From assembly GCF_040938485.1 (NCBI RefSeq), contig NW_027271872.1, positions 868,001 through 932,000 of the forward strand: a DNA stretch of 64,000 nt, in the 5' to 3' direction. The stretch comes from Diadema antillarum. Its lineage: Eukaryota. The notes below the pieces were generated by a model. It did not search any database. It was not told the origin of the DNA and saw only the letters and a list, made by a program, of their open reading frames with translations. The position numbers and the translations under genes are program-made. This document shows positions 1-13,413 of the stretch, one piece after another. Numbering within the stretch: position 1 is the stretch's first letter; every line of letters begins with the position of its first letter.

Positions 1-327
1 TTGATTTTAACAATATGGCAAATGAGCTTTTTACTTCATACGATTCCACTGCTCAAGTTTTGTTCAACTCAACTGTGCATGTAACAGAGCCAGCTTCATT
101 CATTCATCTTGAACAGCAGGGTGCATAACCCAGTGAAGTGGTCTCGCCTAACATCCAACTGGCCCCCAGGGGAGACCAGTGAGTGCAGCTGAATATGGGC
201 TATCCCGCCATCTTGTCAGATGGAAAATTAAAACAAACACATGAACAAACAAGCAAACAAAGAAACACAGAGGATTTTGCTTGTTAATCATGTGGGGCAA
301 AGGAGAGAGGGACTGAGGAATACTTAC

Positions 328-3300
328 GGGTGTGAGTATTTGTTGCGAATGGTGGCAAGTTGTTTGTTGGCTGGTCGGTTGAGCATCGAGTTGAGCTGGA
401 AAATGGTCTGTTTGAGGTCCTCCTCCTGGTAGCCAGAGTAGTGGATCAGGGTGGAGTCCTGTCAGACGGGCAGATGGCAAGACATGAGATATGGTCTCAG
501 GATATACCGTAATCAAATTCTTAAAAGGATGGTATAGTTTTGGTTGAGATAGGGATTCAAGTTATTAAGTTCTTGTGAGATACTGTAAAACATAATATAT
601 TCGCGGTATGAATTTTTCGCGAATTGGAGCCGACTGCTTTTTTTGCAGCATGAGATTTTCGCGAAATGCCACTGGCATTCAATGCATATAGTGTAGACAA
701 AAATTTTCGCGTGCATTTTAATTTCGCGAATCTTGGCGCTCGCAAAATTCGCGAAATTAAAATGCACACGAACATTCCTTGTTTTACAGTAATTACAAAC
801 CACATATATGAAATATGAAAGAGCATAAAATTCTAAGAGGAATTAAAGTTTATTTGATGAATATAAGTTTTGAAATGGCTGAGATATCTCCAAAGAAAGT
901 GGTCTTAATAAAAGGTGGGATCCACATGTTATGAAGACTACACTGTACTTTGTTTTGCTTTTTTTATATTTCAGCCATTTAAAAAACCTATTTTCATCAA
1001 ATAAACTTTGAATTCCTCTAGAATTGTATGCTCTTTCATATCTTATATAACTGGTTTCCAATTACTGTAAAACATGATATATTCGTGGCACGAAATTTTC
1101 GCGAATTGCCACTTGCGTTCAATGCATATAGTGTAGATAAGAAATTTCGCGAATCTTGGCGCTCGCGAACTTCGCGAAATTAAAACGCACGTGAACATTT
1201 CTCGTTTTACAGTAGCTCACAAAAAGATAAAACCTTAATGGCTGAATCCCCATCTCAACCAAAACTAGGCCATCCCTTTCAAGCCAATCTATAATTTGTA
1301 TACTGTAAAAGTGGAAATTTTCGCATTGTGAAAATTTTCATGCATTTCACGCTATGTGCAACTTGTGCGAAATTTCTTGCTTGCTTTATGTATTCATAGT
1401 TCATATCTTGATTCCACGTAATTTAAAACATGTGAAATTCACCTTAACCTGCCAAGTGCACAAAGTTATTCACACAAAAATTTCCACCTTTAACCCTATT
1501 CTAACTGGGGGGGGGGGGGGGGGGGGGGGGGGGCAATTTGACCCCCCCCCCCCCCTCGACGTTTCGCGCCACGATTTCGCAACGGGCAAAGGGCAAAGAT
1601 TTTGCCTCGTCGTTTCACGACTTTTTTCATTGAAGTCTCCCGCATATTTTGAGACCAAAATTGCGACATGCGGGTACACCATTTTGAAGTTACGTAATGT
1701 TTTGCATATGCATGTCAACCAAAAAACAGCTCAAATTCATGATATCGTGTGCAAATCCAATGCAAATTGTGTTTTTTGGTTAAATTGATATAAATTAGAT
1801 TATTTCAACTTTTAACCATTGAAATTAATCAATTCTAGTGTAGATAAGCCTGAAAAAATGCCTGCAACAAATTTTGGCAAAACTAGATATATCGCTACGG
1901 CTACTGATATGCCTCCGCCATAATGCATGGTTCTCCTAATAGGTCTATAGTACAATGTCTTGACAATGTGTGATGACATTTTCACACAATTGGCAAAATA
2001 TTAAAATGACAGGTTTGACACAAATGTGCTGAATGTTCACTTTCCTAGAACTAGGTTCAATTGGATGAATGATTAAAATGTCAGAGTGCAGGTATTTGGG
2101 GAACTGATGATTTTTACTTGACTTTTGACCCTTTTATAAGTTTATGCATTGAGTAATTTTCAAGGTATTGAGAAAAAGTATAATTTCAGTATCAAATGGG
2201 AAAATAGCATTATCTAAACCTGGCCTTTGACCTTTGACCTCACAGTTCCAAAGAGAATCACTGTTAGGTTGAACATGCTTAAATATGTAAGTTTCATGAT
2301 GATACCTTGAGTTACTTTTGAGATATGGAGGAAAAAGTGCAATTTAGCACTTTCACTTGACCTTTTACCTTTTGACCTTTGACCTTTTGGCAAGAAACTT
2401 CCCCCAAAATATATATTGGGTAATACATGCCATACATCAAGTTTAAAAAAAAAAAACCTTCAGGCATATTGCATTTTAAGGAAAGTAGTGATATTTTGAG
2501 GAGTTGACCTTGACCTTTGACCCCCCTGACCTTTGACCCATGACCCCCAACTTCCCTAGATAATCACTGCCCATCGGTACAAGCATATATACTAAGTTCC
2601 ATGAAGATACCTTGAACCATTTGCGAGATATGGAAAAAAACATGAAATTTCAATTTTTTTCACAAAATAACCTGTGACCTTTGACCTTTGACCCTGTGAC
2701 CCTAAAATCCACACAAAGCATTATCCCCCAAGGATATACCCTCATACCAAGTTTGATGTAAAACCACCACACGGTTCTTGAGATATCGACAAAAACAAAA
2801 CGGGACGGACGGACGACCCGAAAACATAATGCCTCCGGCCACTTCGTTGCGGAGGCATAAAAAACAATGGAAAACAAAAGGTCGAAAAAACAGTAAAATA
2901 CATAAGAAATTAATAAAACAATAAAAAAACAAAATCGATTGTGCTATTTTTTTATACAAAAATTGTTTGATGTGTCATGGGGAATTCTGACACAAAAATT
3001 TAGCAATCCTCCAGTCTTTTTAATGGAGTTATAGGTGAAAATATGATTTCATGCACATATTTGCATAATTAATTTATTAAAAATAGAAAGGCAATATTTT
3101 TCTATTGTATGACCATGTAATCTTGTAGTTGACATCCAGCTCTATCTTCAGGCAAAATTTCGCGGCGATAGCGTGATTGGTGGCCGACATCTGAAGGGGG
3201 GGTCAAATTGATCCCCCTCAGTAAACCACCCCCCCCCCCCCTCAGTAAAAACTTGGTCTCAAATAGCCCAGTTAGAATAGGGTTAACAGTATTTTATCTT

Positions 3301-6300
3301 ATGTAATTCTATTTCAAGAGAAACTGATGGAATTTCTTCCTTAGAAGTTGATCATGCAAATTTCCATAACTCCATGATTGTATGTACTTTACACACAAAA
3401 AAATAATAACCAAATTACAAAAATTTAATTGCAGTGTACTGAAGCTGTTTCAAAACTAGCAAGGCAACCAAAAAAACCTGAACACCTGCACACCTCTCTA
3501 CAGCCAAAAGAGCATCTGCCATACATACCCACTCTCCACTGCCCTTCATGCGGAATGCAAGTCTCAGGGCCGAGGCGGCCAGGAGGGAGTCTGCTACCGT
3601 GATGAAGGTGCTGTCCATGAGGGAGGTCTCCAGGATGAAACGGGCCAGGGTCAGGGTCTCGAGGGTAGTGTGAGCGCACTGGGGGAGAAGGGCGGGGCAG
3701 GGCGGAACCAAACAATGAAACACCAGTACTTCAGTCATTAAAGTCACTGCTACAAACATTCATTTTTTTCAAAATGAGGGACATTCAAAAATGCCCATAC
3801 ATATGTATGAGCACTAAATTGTACACTCACTGTCAAATGTTAATCTCCAGTTGAGATTCTTATATGTGCACTACTTGTAAAGCTGCACATATCTGACTCC
3901 CAAATATCTCCAACGTCAGGCAAACCTTTGAAACACATAGTCTACCTACGCTCCAGTCCCTCTACACCAATGGAGGCAGTGTCAAGAAACAATACCCTTT
4001 TGCGATCTTAACAAATTTTCATTTGTAGAGGGAGACAAACTGAAGAAACCCAAACCTGAGCCTTCACCCCTCTGAATAATATCTTTCTTTCATTTACCCC
4101 CTTTTTTTCTACATCTGTATTAAAGAGGAAACTGATAGAGGGTACAGTGCTCAGGAGATAATGGTATGTTTGAATCAATGTACAGACAGTCACTTAATAT
4201 ACTTCATTCACGAACTGATTCGTCAATTTTCTGGAAGAATATACAAAGAAACAAAATAGACAACAGGGATGTCAATCCAACTTGTAAGTAAAGTTATAAC
4301 TGTTTTCATCTAGGGATTGCAAGATTCTTTGCAATGAAGCTATTAGATTTTTAGAAGGAATTATACCATCGTAGAAAATCGTGATCTGAGAACACTGTAC
4401 TCTGCTGATTTTTTCATCAGGCCAAATTATGCATTCCATGAAAATGCTTCTTTTTTTTTTCACTGGTCAGATAAAATCTCAACAAGATAAAAAGGCATTG
4501 CTCAGTAGCCTCTCTGGTGGGTACCTTTGCGTATCTCCTGAGGAAGCGGTAAGAGAGGGGTACGCCCAGGTTGAAGTTGACCTTCTTGAGGATTTTTCTC
4601 TCCATGCTGGTGAACTGGTCCCTGGAGTAGGCATCATCACAGATGTACAGGAAGTCGTCGAGGGCTGGAGGAATTCGCTCCTGCAAGACAAATCAATGAA
4701 GAAAAAGTCCAAAAATATGGCAATAAGCATGTACAGGTACTGTAACAGGATACATTGTGTACATTTTCCATGCACTTTGATGCAGGATGGTCATTACATT
4801 ATTAGCAATGTCTTCTCTTTTTTTTGGGGGGGGGGGATGGGGCAAATATGAGACATATATTGAAATTGCAGCTGAAGATACCTCATTCAAAATAAGTCTG
4901 ACTTCTGTGGAAGGCTGAGTTTTGTCTAGAAAGGCTTCTTCCTTCTTCAGAGTTATTTGAAGTTGGCTTTGCTACACAAAGTGATAAAAAAAGCACAGCA
5001 AACTGCGATGCAACACCAGGAAATTTATTCCCTGGCAACACACAAAGAATCATTCAATCATCGAATGCAACAATCGCCCCGACGACTTACGTCGTATTTG
5101 CAGGCGATGAAGAGTGAGGTAGCACCAAGAAGCTGCAGAAGGTCCTTCGATATCGTGGCCCTGGCCAGGTACATGTCGGTCAGCTTGACCGCTAGGTACA
5201 GCGTCTCGTGATTCAGCTCAAAGTTCTCCTGCACCTCGACCAGCCAGTCCACGAGCACCGCCCTCATGTGGCGGGATATGTCTGTTTGCCGGTCAAAGTA
5301 GTCTTCGATCTTGTTTGATTCCTTGAGGTGAAAGAGACAAGAGGTGGTAAGGCTATTGAATACTTTTTTTTTGTGCATTTATTTCTGGAATAGTACTGTA
5401 AAAGTGGATATTTTTGTGTTCGAGTAATTTGTGAAGTTGGAAAATCATGGAGATAGGAGAGAGACGTGAAGATTCATGAAAGCAAGAGAGGAACAAAGTC
5501 GGCAAACAATGTGGACTATGGAATGCGGAATCAATGGAGAAAGGATGAATAATCCTGCGAAGGAAAGGTAAGTCGAGGAGAGATGAGACCATGTTGAGAG
5601 AAGGGAGGGGGGGGGGGGGGGAGAAAAACAAAAACAAAAACAAAAACAAAGAGACGAAAGAGAAGAAGAAAAAAAAAGGATGAAATTCAAGAGTAAAGGA
5701 GAGGGGGCTTGGGTGGATCCTAGAAATGAATGCTGCAGAGGCTCTTCTTCTGCCAAACAACGATCCGGTAAAGGACTACATACACATGGTGTCACCGCAA
5801 ATCTTTCTCCCTCATTTACTTCACTATGCAACCTTCAAGCAACATATTGGGCATTTTGTTCATAGTTTCCTGGTCAATAAACAAAATGCAGTTATTTGGA
5901 TACTGTTGATACAAACTCAACTGTTACAACATTTGATGCAAACAAATAACCATTTTGTTTTACCAATACTGCACTGGCATTTAAATGTCTCATTTGATCT
6001 TCAGGAAGTAAAATGGATAAAATATTTTTAACAATCGGGAAATGCTGCCGTGCCTGAACAAGCGTTGAGAGTCACTATGGTAGGTGATAGAGACCAACCT
6101 CTTTTTCTTTGAGGTACTTGAAGATGTGTGCTGCGTACGTCGGGGCGAGATGTGGGTCCCCTTCGTTTTCTGCATCGATGTCGACGTAGTCCTTCTCCCC
6201 GTCATCTTCGTCCGCATCGGTCTCGATGGAGTCCAGGGAGATGGCTGCCACCTGGAGAGTGAAGGATCAGCAGGAATAGACACTTTATTAGGTTATCTCA

Positions 6301-9300
6301 TCTAGCTTGAAGGCACTGGTGTAGTTACCACAGACAACAGTCCTTGTGAACTTTGTGACTCAGGAAAGAAGTACCTTGTTTCAGTTCTTTCTGTAGAAAA
6401 AATGATGTTTATGTCCAACAAACATTGAACTGTGCTTTGAAATAGAAAGAGAAAATAATCTTTCTCAGTAGTATCCATTCATCATGTGGATTATATCCCT
6501 AAACTGGATCACTTGTACAGATACATTGTATGAAGTGTGAAGGTACTTAGTTCTGTTACAACTCAGTGGTAAAGACATGGCATGGAAACACTGATCATTA
6601 TCAAATGGTCATGCGGTGAAGATATTGTGACCTTTATTTAATAAGAGCTCAGAAAAACATGTATAGTACTGCAATAGGAGATCAACCTTTCAGCTGTCAT
6701 CTATATCCAGCAGTCAAGAGTGACATGGCAGACCAAAATACTTACCGCATCTTTGATTTCTGTAGCTGGAGACTCCTGAGCTAGATTCTTCTTATTTAGT
6801 TCCTCCACGGAGAGAGAACTTCCGGAGCTGAAAGTCAGTTGGGAGAAGGAAACTGATGGAGGGTATGCTGAGGAGTTTATCCACTAAAGGCTAGTCTCAA
6901 GAGAAGCAAGAACATTGTAGACATAGGGTTTGCTCAAAGGGTGAAAAACCAGCTGCACTTGTACACAGTCAATATTAGTACACAATGAACACTTCAACAC
7001 ACATGCAGCAAAAGTACAAGAAATGCTCCAATTATGCCACACATCTGTATGGTCTAATTCCCAATTTTGCACCCATGAAGTATAAAATCAACTTGTCACC
7101 TTGGACTGGAACAATCAAAAATGTGACTCTGAATTTCAGGGAAGACTCTTTCATCACGATGGTCCACAACTTAAATATTTAGCATATTGCAGGGTCTGAA
7201 AGTGAGAATATATAGCGGAAATTGTGTGCACGGGCATACATCACGAGTACATAGCTCGCAATATTCCAAGACATGTTTCCCGTTGTGCTGCTTACGTTCG
7301 ATGTTCTGCCTCATGTTTTGGACACACATTTTCTAAGTAGCAATGGTAGCTTGATGTTTCTCAAGTTTGGCACATGTTATTTCCACATGTCTGATTGCAT
7401 CTTATTTTGAGCATGTCCCCAATTCTCCAGGATGTTGCATGGCATTTTGCTGCCTCTTTGAGGATGTTGTTCAAGAATTTGAATATGTTGCAGCAACATG
7501 CTCGAAACCCCTCGTGGACCACCCTGCTTTCACAGTTGTGCACTGACAGTTTCAAAGCAAAAGCACGCAAGCACGTTAATTCTAGTGATTTCACACAAGA
7601 TCTTGAGTTGTTTCATGCAGGCTTTTGGTATTTGACTTAAGTGTTCTACATGCTTCCTCCTCACAGATGCCTGTACGGTCATCTCTATCTCACCTCGTTT
7701 CTGGCTTGTCACTTTCAGGCAGAATCTCCTTGACTGCTCGCTGTGTCTCCTCCTGGATGCGCTGCTCCCTCGAGGTGGCATTCTCCTTCAGCTTGGACGA
7801 TGCCTTTACGGGGATGGAGGACTTGATCGGAGGTTTCTTGGTCAACGCCTTCTTGGCCGGCCCGAGCACATTCTTGCTTGTTAATGCCTGTGCACAGATA
7901 GATGGACAGACAGTCATACACATAAATGCATGCCATAAGCACATAAACACAAGCACACACAAACACAACACACTGACGCACAAATCTTCTGGGAAGTGAC
8001 TGCAAAACACAATGCACCAAGTTGTGTCACACCCTCAGACTTTAAGTTGTCACAATAACTCATTGTACTCACAATGACCTCAAAGTTCACAGGAATATTC
8101 AATAACGGCATCTCCAGAGATTATGTTATACTCCTGGGCACTGTTTCATGAAAGTTGTCAGCCTGACAAGTTGTCATTCTTTGAGAGTGTCAGTAAAATC
8201 CTTTCTTTCGATTGGCTGAGAAGCTCTGGTCACTGACTATTACTATGGTAACTGTCGAAGAATGACAACTTGTCAGGGCTGACAACTTTCATGAAATGGT
8301 ACCCAGAGCAATTCAGTCACACATGATGTCCACTTTTGGTTCATTCATAATTTAGAATTCCCCAATACACATGCATGTGAGCAGATGGTCTATGTCCCTC
8401 ATACAGGCACAATTATAGTATAGATTATGGATGTTTTTTTCAAAATGTCACAGAATGCAGACATGTTATCATAACTTTAACATCAACAGAAATCCATTCA
8501 CACGCTACTCCACCATGCTGGATTCCCTGAAATCATAACTTACATTAGTGATGTCACCGAAGGCTGCTCTCTTCTTATTCGGTGCCTGGACGTTATGGCC
8601 CAATTCGCTTGATTTCCTCTTGGCTCGAGTGACAATCTGTGTCTTGTCTTCTCGGATCTGAAGGGTCAAATATACAGATTTCAATACTAGATGCAAGGAC
8701 ACCATGACAGAAATAATCACATACTTATAAGTAACACATTTGCTCCTGTGACAATTGCTCTGGTCTTATTTTAATTTCCAAGCACTTACGGTTAGGGTTG
8801 TGATAGGGCTTTAAGTTTAGTTTGATGTGAGGATTAGGATCAGGACTTTGAGTGTTGGTAGGATTTACAATGTATGTTTGGCTTAGCGTGCAGATATATC
8901 ATGGAGCAACTGTCACAGAAGCAAATGTCACGGAAATAACATCAGGTTGAAACAATACATGTGAAAAATTGTTCATTTATCCAAACTATGGTTTGATTTC
9001 AGTGCATGATCTCAAACAAGAGCAAAATATGTGTCCCCTGCACATGAGAGTGTCAATCATGAACTTCAGTATTGGGTGTTTGTGTGGCACAGCGATGTTA
9101 CGCATTCAAAAGACCAAGGCCTAGACTTAAAGTACACATGTCTATTCGTATTCAAGCCGTAAAGATCCATAACTTCCTTCAATTTATCAAATCTTAACGA
9201 AACTTTCTTGGTCATGTTCTGGTTTGTACCTTAACTCATTAAAGCTACCTTATACATGGACAGAAGTCGCACTGGTCGGTAGGTTTACCTGTGCAGCCAC

Positions 9301-9330
9301 TCCGACTCCATTTCTCCTCATGAGTGGCAT
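328..9330 (-). CDS. CCNB3: G2/mitotic-specific cyclin B3 (3'-partial; final exon lies left of the window)
   Basis: Coding exons with GT-AG boundaries and consistent phases: 9289-9330, 8544-8657, 7694-7887, 6746-6827, 6099-6251, 5091-5321, 4525-4680, 3529-3678, 328-458. D-box RAAFGDITN; cyclin box MRAVLVDWLVEVQENFELNHETLYLAVKLTDMYL; C-terminal IRNKYSHP. Probable non-coding first exon ends at 11615. Confidence 0.93.
525..1277. mobile_element. Kolobok-like non-autonomous element interrupted by two TA-target MITEs
   Basis: TTAA at 521-524; TIRs aggatggtatagttttggttgagatagggattc / gaatccccatctcaaccaaaactaggccatccct; inserts at 583-789 and 1065-1212. Confidence 0.7.
583..789. mobile_element. TA-target MITE (CTGTAAAA...TTTTACAG, internal TTCGCGAA motifs)
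   Basis: TA on both sides with TIRs. Related copies or subfamilies at 1065-1212, 1303-3289 (interrupted), 22016-22226, 23648-23892, 39452-39687, 45958-46124, 51173-51384, 51795-52025 and ~53970-54586 (interrupted). Confidence 0.75.
1494..3282. mobile_element. piggyBac-like non-autonomous element
   Basis: TTAA TSD at 1490-1493 and 3283-3286; perfect 16-bp TIR CCCTATTCTAACTGGG / CCCAGTTAGAATAGGG; no transposase ORF. Confidence 0.8.
1882..2862 (+). mobile_element. Helentron-associated (HINE/DINE-like) non-autonomous element
   Basis: Starts actaga; subterminal atgcctccgc with the inverted gcggaggcat in a 3' hairpin; internal tgacct(t) repeats and a (GGAC)n tract; inserted in an A-run. Confidence 0.6.
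8134..8306. mobile_element. Small MITE with long TIRs
   Basis: tttcatgaaagttgtcagcc-tgacaagttgtcattc inverted against gaatgacaacttgtcagggctgacaactttcatgaaa. A possibly related element lies at 50647-50790. Confidence 0.65.
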
Positions 9331-9769
9331 GATGGTCTCCTTCTAGACACTGGGAGGGAAGATGTGATTTTCTACCACCAAGATGTCACCTTTGAGGCTT
9401 TGTGTGAAGTGGTTACTGCCTCCAATACGTCAGGTCAAATGCTGTTAAAAAAAAAACAAAAAAACAGGAAGGATTATGATTTCCAAACTCGAGGTTAGAA
9501 CTACTGCTATAGTGCTATGAGTATGACTATGATGTTACAACATCATGCTTTTTAAAAGTAAGTTGCTCGTTGCTCTTACTTGAAATTTTGAAAGGAATTT
9601 TGCTGTTTATGTGATAATGAAACAGCAATTCATGGGAAGAGTATCAAAATGAGGAAATATGCAAGTCTTGCTATGTGATAATTTACATGAAAGATTAGCT
9701 GGTCAGGCTAGGCCCATACTTTTCAGGCCCTACTTTTTACAGCATCACCTAACGTTAGGGACTCCCTTA

Positions 9770-11300
9770 CTACATCGCTACCCGATCCCTGTCACCCAAG
9801 GTGTAAGACAAGGCGGGGTCTTGTCTCCATTACTCTACACTACATTCGTTGATGACTTGATAAAGGAGCTAAGAGAGAAGAATCTTGGATGCTCAATAGA
9901 CGGCCGTTTCTCGGGTGTGGTAGTTCTTGCTGATGATGTAGCACTCATCGCTAACTCTCCAGATCAGCTACAACAGATGTTAGAGGCCACCTTCAACTAC
10001 GCGGAGTATTGGCATTACAAAATTAATCCCTCCAAAAGTGCAGTGATTGCTATCAACAATGCTAAGCAAAAGTAAGAGATCATCTTGGTGTGTCAATGGA
10101 TTCATTGTTGAGGAGAAATCCAGTCATCCTCATCTTGGGGTCATTAAATCAGGCTCACGGTATGATCCTACAGACAACATCATTGGAACTGGTCTCCGTA
10201 CTTTTTATGCCTTGACTGGCTCTGGAACTTATACGGGAGGGCTTATTCCTACACTTGTATCCCAGTTATGGAGGATTTTTTTGTATCCCGAGAATGTTGC
10301 ATGGCTCATCGACCACTAAATTCACAAAATTGATGCTGCAGAAGTTGGATGGGGCACAGTCCTATCTCTTCAAGCAAGTACTTGGAGTGCCAAAATCAGC
10401 TGCTGACGAGATAGTCTATCTGCTCACCAACCTCTTGCCTCTCTCTGCCCAGATATATCTTGACAGATAGTTGCTCCTAGGCCAACTCGCCAGCCTTGAC
10501 CATAGCCGTTATGAGTTCAGAACATTTTTAGCAGCTCTCAAAGCTCGTACACCTACAGTTCAAGTCCTACAAGAGACTGTGTTAAAATATAATCTTTCAG
10601 ATCTACATAGCATTGTCTCTACACCACTCCCGTACTCAACTTGGAAGAGGTTGACTAAATACAGAGTCTATCAGGCTGTAAGACATCTCACCATACAAGG
10701 AATCCGCTCCAAGTCGTCTCTCAAATTCTGGATAGATAACGTTCCACCCTCTGCTAATCTCCTATATCCGAAGAACCCCCCGTCTCCTATCATCCGTCAT
10801 GCTTTAATAATTAGAGCCCAACTTCTGTCATCCACATACTTGACACAACGTAAGTCTTCCATGTACTTGCCCCCTATGTGAATCTGAGGATGAGACAGTG
10901 GAACACTTTGTTGGATCTTGTCTCAGTCTTGTTCATCTCCGTCAAGAGTTCATATGCAGAGTCAAGGAATGTCTTGTTGATCACCTGAACTGTCTGGACA
11001 GGTATGACACTGATTACCCACTGCAATTTTCTCGTGCTAACTGCTACCTCAGTCCGGGAAACCCGCTCGTGAGGACCGCTTCCGCGTACGAGGACTGCCC
11101 CCCGGGCCTCATGAGGCGTGGGGGCGGTCCTCATGAGGCGGGGCAGTCCTCGTACGCGGGAGCGGTCTTTATGAGCTGGTTTCCCGGACTGACCTTTAAC
11201 CTTTCAACCTTGCCTGCCATCTGTAATCCAAAATAGCCTGCTTCTTCTATCCCTCTTCTTTCTTCATAAAATCCATACTTGCCGTTCTACTTATGTTTAA
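9770..11300 (+). mobile_element. 5'-truncated, decayed non-LTR retrotransposon in CCNB3 intron 1
   Basis: RT motifs VTQGVRQGGVLSPLLY and VLADDVAL, followed by stops and frameshifts; C-terminal CCHC knuckle CPLCESEDETVEHFVGSC. Clade not determined; boundaries approximate. Confidence 0.85.
11050..11191. mobile_element. 142-bp GC-rich foldback MITE with 4-bp TSD (ACCT), possibly Academ-like
   Basis: Perfect 14-bp TIR CAGTCCGGGAAACC; ACCT at 11046-11049 and 11192-11195; 28-bp internal inverted arms. Confidence 0.7.
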
Positions 11301-11715
11301 TACCATTATCTTATCTTGCTGGATTTGCACATCTGGATTCCAGGAATCTCCAAAATAGTGGAGGGATCAGCTAAGAGAGAGCTACACGCGTGTGATCAGC
11401 AGAGAGAGCGAGGGGCGGGCATTATGTAAACTGTACCACAGTCAGTGCAGTGAAGTGTATACGTACAAATATACAATTTATGTGTAGGAGTAGATTGACA
11501 CGTAAATCAATGGGTTTCAACTCTGTGAATGTTTAGTCACAACATACGACATAAACTAGGTCAGAATGAGCTTTTAAGATGAAACATTCAAAACTTAAGC
11601 GTGTGGATACCTACCTCAGATGACGAAGTATCACGTTTCTGAGGATTAGAAGGTTAATTTCCGCAGGAAACATGGACTCCGCAGCATTTTTTTAGATTAC
11701 GACTTCACACGGGCT

Positions 11716-11786
11716 TTCAAATTCGACGCGTCTGATGGGTAGCGTAACTTGTTTGTGAATGCACGTTCACGAAGCAACGTGATTGG
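11716..11786 (-). promoter_or_regulatory. CDE/CHR element plus CCAAT box in the cyclin B3 promoter
   Basis: Minus strand reads CGCGT-CGAA-TTTGAA (11730-11716): a CDE-like GC element, 4-nt spacer and CHR. CCAAT at 11782-11786. This matches the DREAM/MuvB G2/M promoter layout. Confidence 0.55.
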
Positions 11787-13028
11787 ACGGTTTTGTGCGG
11801 TCACTCAGCTCTGTGTAGTCTTTGTCGCATACTCCGTATGTGTACTCCACGTTCGTAGGCAGCAAATTTCCTATGTAGACTCGGAGTAGTAGTACAGTAG
11901 GCCTTATCGGAGGTTTGGTATTGTTTCAGACTTTATTATACCCCGCCTAGTGCTATTGCACGGAGAATAACAATTTATGTCACTTGATGGACTTCAAACA
12001 TGAAAGGACTTTTTTCTTTTTCTTTTTCACTTTTTTTTAAAATTTTACTCCAATGGGAAGGACATGATAAAATCAAACACACCTAAAAATAAAGGGAAGA
12101 TATATTTTACACAATATCATGCATTTTTGTGTATACTTACTTAAAATGTAGTATACGTTTTGACATCCAAGCACTTTCTTTTGGAAAACCAATCCCCCCC
12201 CCAAAAAAAAAGAACAACAACAACAAACAAACAAGCACAAAACAACAACATTAACAAACAAACAGAAAATCAAACAAACAAAGACTGTCTGATAGATTGA
12301 ATGAATGAATAGATCAAGTGATTATTGGATCAAGTGCACATATAAAGATTATGATGAATACATAAATGAATATGCATTTGGCACATATAAGTAAAGATGA
12401 ATCAACAAAACAATATTGAATTTCTAGGACTCAAGAAAAAATCAGTCAAGACTGGAAGTTTGGAGTCTAGTGTGAAACCTAATACAGTATGTCTTTGTAA
12501 GTTTGAGTGTCTTGTGTTAATTGTAGGCACATGCCTATTAGGGCTTTAATTTAGTATCAGATTGGTTAATGAAGGGCAATATTTCCCCTCAGCTTTGTTG
12601 CATATATTCAGGCTCTGACCGATGTATAACTTTTCTCCCCTTCCCCCTCCGCCCCCCCCCCCCTCTCTCTCTCTCTCTCTCAGGTGGTTCTCAGGCCACA
12701 TAAGACCTTATATAATGAATTCAATTGTGGCCCGAACAAGAAACGCAGTTATCTGAAATAATCAAAATCATGATCTGATCCATTTTGAATCTATAGTGTC
12801 CGATATCTGACCACTAAAGAAACCCTTTAAATTCTGGAAATTTCTTGCCCCATACAGCTCAGTAGCTCCTGGTCACCGAGCACCAGTAGTGTCCAGATAT
12901 TATCTTGAGCAATTTATATCAGTTGTTGCTATCCATGCAGGCGGGCATAATTCTATCTACTACATGTTCTTAACTGACAAACTTTTTTTTTTTTTTTTTA
13001 ACAGAAGTGCCACTATAAGTGAACTTGA

Positions 13029-13413
13029 AGGGGCTGTATAATACAGTACTGGTTGAGCTGGGGATTCATGTTTTTTACATTCCTAAGTGAGATAATGAGA
13101 AACCTCTTATGAAATAATAGTTATGAAAGAGCATGTCATTTTATGATGGATTCAATGTTTATTTGATGAAAATTGGTTTTCAAATGGCTGAGATATCCAA
13201 TAAAGTGAAAATAATAAAAGACTACAGGCCACAACTTTATTAGGATCTCTTTGTTTCACCTTGTTTTTGGATATATCGGTCACTTCAAAACCGATTTTCG
13301 TCAAATAAACTTTCGATACCCCTGAGAATTACATGCTCTTTGACATCTTCTGAATATCTCGCAAAACGTTAAAAGCTATAAATCTTCACCTCGACCAGAA
13401 CTGTACACACCCT
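13029..13413. mobile_element. Kolobok-like MITE, same family as 27119-27501
   Basis: Long similarity to 27119-27501; ends ...agaactgtacacaccct-TTAA, directly followed by a related element at 13418-~13783. Confidence 0.75.

Noticed and set aside
148-327. Final cyclin B3 exon inside the window
   Set aside because: The available acceptor gives a peptide unlike cyclin B3 C-termini, and the sequence looks like a retroelement 3' remnant.
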